Assembly: GCA_963748795.1 (NCBI GenBank) | Contig: CAVVLD010000118.1 | Span: forward strand, 3,131 to 67,130 | Length of the DNA stretch: 64,000 nucleotides | DNA from: an uncultured Solibacteraceae bacterium | Lineage (GTDB): Bacteria; Acidobacteriota; Terriglobia; Bryobacterales; Bryobacteraceae | Direction of reading: 5' to 3' | Shown: positions 60,440 to 64,000 of the stretch, one piece after another | How the letters are laid out: each line of letters begins with the position of its first letter | Numbering within the stretch: the stretch's first letter is position 1 | Program-made: the position numbers and the translations under genes | Notes under the pieces: generated by a model | What the model saw: only the letters and a program-made list of their open reading frames with translations | Databases searched by the model: none | Told to the model about the DNA's origin: nothing

Positions 60440-61012
60440 CTATTTGTGGCAGTCCAGGCAACTGTTTTCCAGCCCCTGCTGCCGGTGGCATTCCACGCAG
60501 GCGCTCATGGTCATGGCGGCGCGCGTGGTCTTGACGCGTTCGGCCGTTTGCCAGATGTTGCGGGAGTAGCCGCTCACGCGGTCCTGCTGGTACGGCAGCA
60601 GATGGTCGGACGCGCCGTGATCGCCATGGCAGGTTTCGCACGAAAGTTTCGCCCGCTTCACGTGCGCGATGTGGCTGAAGAAGACGTTTTCCGGCTGCCG
60701 CGCATAGACCGCCCATTGCGGTTCGCGCGCGGGCGTGACGTACTGCTCGACAAAGTTCTTTTCCGCGGCCGTGGTGCCCATCGCCGCGGCATGACAGCCC
60801 GCGCATTTGTCCAGAGTAGGGATGCCGGCGAACGTCCCATCGGGACGAAACGCGTGACAATCCTCGCATTTCTGGCCGGCCTTATCGGCGTGGACCTTGT
60901 GACTGAAATCCACCGGCTGAAGCCGGGTCTTGTAAATGGCGCGGGGAAACCCCGCCCACCCTGCCACCAGCATGATTGCCGCGCCGGCCGCAAATGGGAA
61001 AATTCCGCGCAT
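60440..61012 (-). CDS. Membrane-anchored pentahaem c-type cytochrome (ActA/cytochrome c3 family-like)
   Basis: Intact 190 aa ORF with the N-terminal TM IFPFAAGAAIMLVAGWAGF and five CxxCH motifs (CEDCH, CAGCH, CETCH, CVECH, CLDCH). AGGAGG precedes the next gene 10 nt downstream. Confidence 0.85.
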   Translation of the reverse strand: MRGIFPFAAGAAIMLVAGWAGFPRAIYKTRLQPVDFSHKVHADKAGQKCEDCHAFRPDGTFAGIPTLDKCAGCHAAAMGTTAAEKNFVEQYVTPAREPQWAVYARQPENVFFSHIAHVKRAKLSCETCHGDHGASDHLLPYQQDRVSGYSRNIWQTAERVKTTRAAMTMSACVECHRQQGLENSCLDCHK

Positions 61013-61900
61013 TCAGACTCTCTTTCCGCTCGCGTAAGGCGAGAAAAATTCATGAAACAGCACGCGCAGCCGGTCGCCATCCAGATGATGCGCCAGGCCG
61101 GCTGCAAACAGGCCGCCATCGGCCATGGTGCCCGATTGAGCGGCCTGCTCCTGCTGGAGAAACTCGTTCATGCGCCGCTGTTCCTGTTCCATCCAATGGC
61201 GCGCCGCAGGGCCTTCCATCAGGTTCTCCGCGGTCTGGGGCAGAGGCCGGCCTTCGAACAGCCACCCCGCGGTGTAAGGTTCGCTGGTGATGCGCGAGGG
61301 GTTGGCCCGCAGGTACAGGTTGCAGCCGGTCAGCAGGATGGGATTGGGAAACATGACTTCCAGGTCCACGCCGTTTACGGTGAGCACCGCGGCGGGCCGG
61401 GTGCGCCCATTCAATTGCACGAAGGTGAGCCGGTCGACCGGCCCCAGCACGCGGCTGAGAAACGCATCGATACCCACGTGGCACATGCCGTCTTCGCCCA
61501 TGTCCAGCCACATGTGATTGGCGGTGTAGCGCAGCCGCTCCGGCATGGCGAGCCCTTCCACTTCCTCCGAAGGAGTGCCGGGGTGGGCCATGGAAAGGTA
61601 CAGTTCGCAGTAGCGGAAACTATCGTTGCCGCAACGCGAGAGCAGCGATTCGCTGTAGGGCACCAGTTTCGCCACCGGCGCCGCCGCGCAATACTGCATC
61701 AGCGATTCCCGCAGGAACGGGCACGGCCCCCGGTCCGCCGATTCTTCGAGCGGCTGCGTTTGAAACACCTTGCAGGTGCCATATTCCCCGGACGAGCATT
61801 TCTCTTCCGTCCGTCCGGCCTGCGCCAGGGGAATCAGCTTCCGGACAGCAGCCGTCCGGCAATACTTGACCTGAGCTTCTCTGAGGAAGGGGCAGGTCAT
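61013..61900 (-). CDS. Soluble GcvH-fold protein with two N-terminal 4-Cys modules (CPFLRE...YC...C...C)
   Basis: Intact from MTCPFLREAQVKYC (ATG complement at 61900, inside ORF 61013..62218). The GcvH-like core is YTANHMWLDMGEDGMCHVGIDAFLSRVLGPVDRLTF ... LTVNGVDLEVMFPNPILLTGCNLYL..NP..I...PYTAGWLFEG. No lysine occupies the position of the lipoyl-lysine (ESVKA). Confidence 0.65.
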   Translation of the reverse strand: MTCPFLREAQVKYCRTAAVRKLIPLAQAGRTEEKCSSGEYGTCKVFQTQPLEESADRGPCPFLRESLMQYCAAAPVAKLVPYSESLLSRCGNDSFRYCELYLSMAHPGTPSEEVEGLAMPERLRYTANHMWLDMGEDGMCHVGIDAFLSRVLGPVDRLTFVQLNGRTRPAAVLTVNGVDLEVMFPNPILLTGCNLYLRANPSRITSEPYTAGWLFEGRPLPQTAENLMEGPAARHWMEQEQRRMNEFLQQEQAAQSGTMADGGLFAAGLAHHLDGDRLRVLFHEFFSPYASGKRV

Positions 61901-61905
61901 ACGGG

Positions 61906-62220
61906 CTACCGCTCCTCTTCTTTGTCGAGCTTCTCGCCGCCATCCGCCATGGTGAGGCCAAGCCCGGGAGTGTGAAACGCGTGCCCATCCTGGAAGGACG
62001 ACACCAGGTCTGCGACCTCGCGGTCCAACTGCGACAACGCGGCCCGCTTCTTTCGCCTCGCAGCGACTTCCTGGAGGACGCCGATGCCCACCGCAATGCA
62101 GCAGATCAGCACCACTATGCCTAACGCGGCATTGGTGAGAGTCAGCCAATAAGTCGAAGGATCGTTCACGGAAACTTCTCCTTTCCCTGGAGGAAGGTGC
62201 AAGGCGGGGGCCATGCACAT
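61906..62220 (-). CDS. Small single-TM membrane protein with charged C-terminus (first gene of the redox operon)
   Basis: ORF 61906..62220: TM WLTLTNAALGIVVLICCIAVGIGVL followed by ARRKKRAALSQLDREVADL...KLDKEEER. The true start may be internal. The stop is 5 nt before the next ATG. Confidence 0.35.
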   Translation of the reverse strand: MCMAPALHLPPGKGEVSVNDPSTYWLTLTNAALGIVVLICCIAVGIGVLQEVAARRKKRAALSQLDREVADLVSSFQDGHAFHTPGLGLTMADGGEKLDKEEER

Positions 62221-62274
62221 AGGAAAGGAGTTAACGGGCGCGCGGCAGTGGTTTGTGTAGGATTATCGGATGAT

Positions 62275-63117
62275 TCAGTCTGGAATTCCGGCAGTACGGC
62301 GGGTCGCCTGCGGGTTCCGGGACAGTTCCTGCAACGGCAGCGGCTCGATCTCTCCGTCAACGCCGCCGAGCACTCGGGCGGTGTGAGCGAATGCCAGAGG
62401 GTCGCCGGTGACGAAGTGCAGAACGCGGCCTTGTACGAAGCAGGCGGGCGGCGTGCCCAGCGCGGCCTCGACACACTCCGCCGTCACTTCCGCGCTGTCC
62501 ACCAGTTTCACGCCTTTTCCAGCGACCCGCCGCAGCACATTGCGCAACAGCGGATAGTGCGTGCATCCCAGCACGAGGGTGTCGATTTCCGGATGGCCGC
62601 TTAAATAATGCCGCGCCAGCAGTTCCGCTTCCGGCGAATCGGCCAGCCCTTCTTCCACCAGGTGCACCAGCATGGGGCAGGGCTGCGCCCACACGCGGAG
62701 GCCGTGCGCCTGGAGCCTCCGTTGGTACGCTCCGCTGGCAATGGTCGCCTTGGTTCCGATGACGCCGACGCTGCCCGAGCGGGTGACGCGTGTCGCGGCT
62801 TCCACACCGGGGTCGATGACTCCCCACACCGGGACGGGGCAGCTTTCGGCCAGTCCGGGGAGCGCCACGGCGGAGGCCGTGTTGCACGCTACCACCAGGC
62901 CGTCGAGCCCCATGTCACACAGGAAGCGGGCGATGCCGTGGGCGAATTCGACTACCATTTCCGGGGGTTTACGGCCATAGGGCACGCGCGCCGTGTCGCC
63001 TAAGTACACGAAGTCGCGGTGGGGCATACGACGGCGCAGGGCCTGCAGTACGGTGAGTCCTCCGACTCCGGAATCGAACACGCCGATGGCGTGGCGCAAC
63101 TGCGGTTTCAAGGTCAT
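62275..63117 (-). CDS. murI: Glutamate racemase
   Basis: Start MTLKPQLRHAIGVFDSGVGGLTVL (residue 20 of ORF 62275..63174). Catalytic Cys contexts VVACNTAS and LGCTHYPLL. Confidence 0.85.
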   Translation of the reverse strand: MTLKPQLRHAIGVFDSGVGGLTVLQALRRRMPHRDFVYLGDTARVPYGRKPPEMVVEFAHGIARFLCDMGLDGLVVACNTASAVALPGLAESCPVPVWGVIDPGVEAATRVTRSGSVGVIGTKATIASGAYQRRLQAHGLRVWAQPCPMLVHLVEEGLADSPEAELLARHYLSGHPEIDTLVLGCTHYPLLRNVLRRVAGKGVKLVDSAEVTAECVEAALGTPPACFVQGRVLHFVTGDPLAFAHTARVLGGVDGEIEPLPLQELSRNPQATRRTAGIPD

Positions 63118-63173
63118 TGCCGGTGACGATGCACGTTCCGGGCCGTTTGGCGTGCGATAATCGGAATTCCACA

Positions 63174-63419
63174 ATGAAAGCCCGCGTTTTTGTTTCCTTG
63201 AAATCCACGGTGCTCGACCCGCAGGGGCAGACCGTCTGTTCCGCGCTCCACGGACTCGGCCATCAGGGCATCGCCAGTGTGCGCCAGGGCAAGTTCTTCG
63301 ATATCGCCATTGCCGAGGGCGTCACGCGCGAGCAGGCGCAGAAGGATATCGAGACTATTGCCCACGAAGTACTGGCCAATCCGGTAATCGAAGAGTACCG
63401 GGTCGAACTGCTGGACTAG
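63174..63419 (+). CDS. purS: Phosphoribosylformylglycinamidine synthase subunit PurS
   Basis: MKARVFVSLKSTVLDPQGQTVCSALHGLGHQGIASVRQGKFFDIAI...VLANPVIEEYRVEL is the typical ~80 aa PurS. The start is at residue 20 of ORF 63117..63419. Confidence 0.8.
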   Translation: MKARVFVSLKSTVLDPQGQTVCSALHGLGHQGIASVRQGKFFDIAIAEGVTREQAQKDIETIAHEVLANPVIEEYRVELLD

Positions 63420-63424
63420 GAGAA

Positions 63425-63523
63425 TTCATCGCGGAGGAACGGAGGCGCGGAGGAAAACGCGGAGAAAGACCTGGATTGATTTCGCTTTTCTCCGTGTCTC
63501 CGGCTTCGTGGCTCCGTGGTGAA
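63425..63523. repeat. REP-like imperfect long hairpin, related to 35180..35279
   Basis: TTCATCGCGGAGGAACGGAGGCGCGGAGGAAAACGCGGAGAAAG ... CTTTTCTCCGTGTCTCCGGCTTCGTGGCTCCGTGGTGAA. The right arm shares TCCGTG...TTCGTG..GGCTCCGTGGTGAA with the 35242..35279 arm. Confidence 0.7.
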
Positions 63524-63539
63524 CGCAATTGACCGCACC

Positions 63540-63545
63540 TATAAT
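63540..63545 (+). promoter_or_regulatory. Possible -10 box (TATAAT) 6 nt upstream of the glmS start codon
   Basis: cacctTATAATaatgagATG. There is no Shine-Dalgarno sequence and no properly spaced -35 (TTGACC at 63529..63534 is only 5 nt away). Confidence 0.25.
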
Positions 63546-63551
63546 AATGAG

Positions 63552-64000
63552 ATGTGCGGAATCGTGGGCTACATCGGCCGGCACAAGGCCGTGCCGATTA
63601 TTCTCGAGGGGTTGAAGCGGCTGGAATACCGGGGATACGACTCCGCCGGCATCGCCGTCTATTGTGACGACCAGCAACTGGCGGTGCGCCGCGCCAAGGG
63701 CAAACTGCGCAACCTGGAAGAAGCCATTCGCATGGTTCCGGTGGATGGCAGCTACGGAATCGGGCACACGCGATGGGCTACGCACGGACGGCCCACCGAA
63801 GAGAACGCGCACCCGCATAGCGACTGCAAGGGCGACATCGTGGTGGTGCATAACGGCATCGTGGAAAACTACCTGTCGCTGAAGCACCAGTTGGAATCGG
63901 AAGGGCACATCTTCAAAACCGAGACCGATACCGAGATCATCGCGCACCTGGTGGAGAAGCATTTCCGCGGCAACCTGGAAGAAGCCGTGCGCACGGCCGT
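63552..64000 (+). CDS. glmS: Glutamine--fructose-6-phosphate aminotransferase, N-terminal glutaminase domain (3-prime end outside window)
   Basis: [36 protein letters not shown] ... [21 protein letters not shown] ... [11 protein letters not shown]. The frame is open from ATG 63552 to the window end; it is absent from the ORF track because it has no stop. Confidence 0.9.
   Translation, partial: MCGIVGYIGRHKAVPIILEGLKRLEYRGYDSAGIAVYCDDQQLAVRRAKGKLRNLEEAIRMVPVDGSYGIGHTRWATHGRPTEENAHPHSDCKGDIVVVHNGIVENYLSLKHQLESEGHIFKTETDTEIIAHLVEKHFRGNLEEAVRTA

Overview
High-GC bacterial chromosomal segment. The gene content points to Acidobacteriota of the Solibacter/Bryobacter type: a TIGR03437-type Solibacter C-terminal domain protein, NHL-repeat proteins, PadR next to MacB/ADOP-like permeases, and several DinB paralogs. 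I recognise about 65 protein genes. I found no rRNA, tRNA, CRISPR array, transposase or integrase.

Backbone genes: cmk, aspartate kinase, a PpiD-like chaperone, DedA, D-aminoacylase, an aminotransferase, pxpBCA (5-oxoprolinase), BamA/SurA-like/TamB, NodB deacetylase-ACP-KAS, ABC and MacB transport genes, an EmrB-like efflux pump, a histidine kinase with a sigma54 response regulator, murI, purS and glmS.

About half of the genes can only be rebuilt by hopping between reading frames. The likeliest cause is uncorrected homopolymer indels in the assembly, so many start and end coordinates are approximate.

Most interesting regions:
1. 55720..62220 (minus strand): a seven-gene Qrc/ACIII-like operon (pentahaem cytochrome c, Tat-exported MopB-family subunit, 4Fe-4S subunit, NrfD-like subunit) bracketed by two atypical Cys-rich GcvH-fold proteins.
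2. 16666..19747: a 3.1 kb lower-GC island (GSCFA, WcbI-like and methyltransferase genes) flanked by about 1 kb direct repeats that truncate the neighbouring genes.
3. 52483..55733: a tandem segmental duplication with a novel joint at 54002/54003, whose two units carry different toxin-antitoxin cassettes.
4. 36950..40475: an ABC ATPase followed by a very large permease with an embedded beta-lactamase-fold domain.
5. 50958..51500: an archaemetzincin gene wedged between the sensor kinase and its sigma54 regulator.
6. Two REP-like long hairpins, and a PadR operator palindrome containing a TTGACA box.

All calls rest on motif recognition by eye. No database search or alignment program was run.
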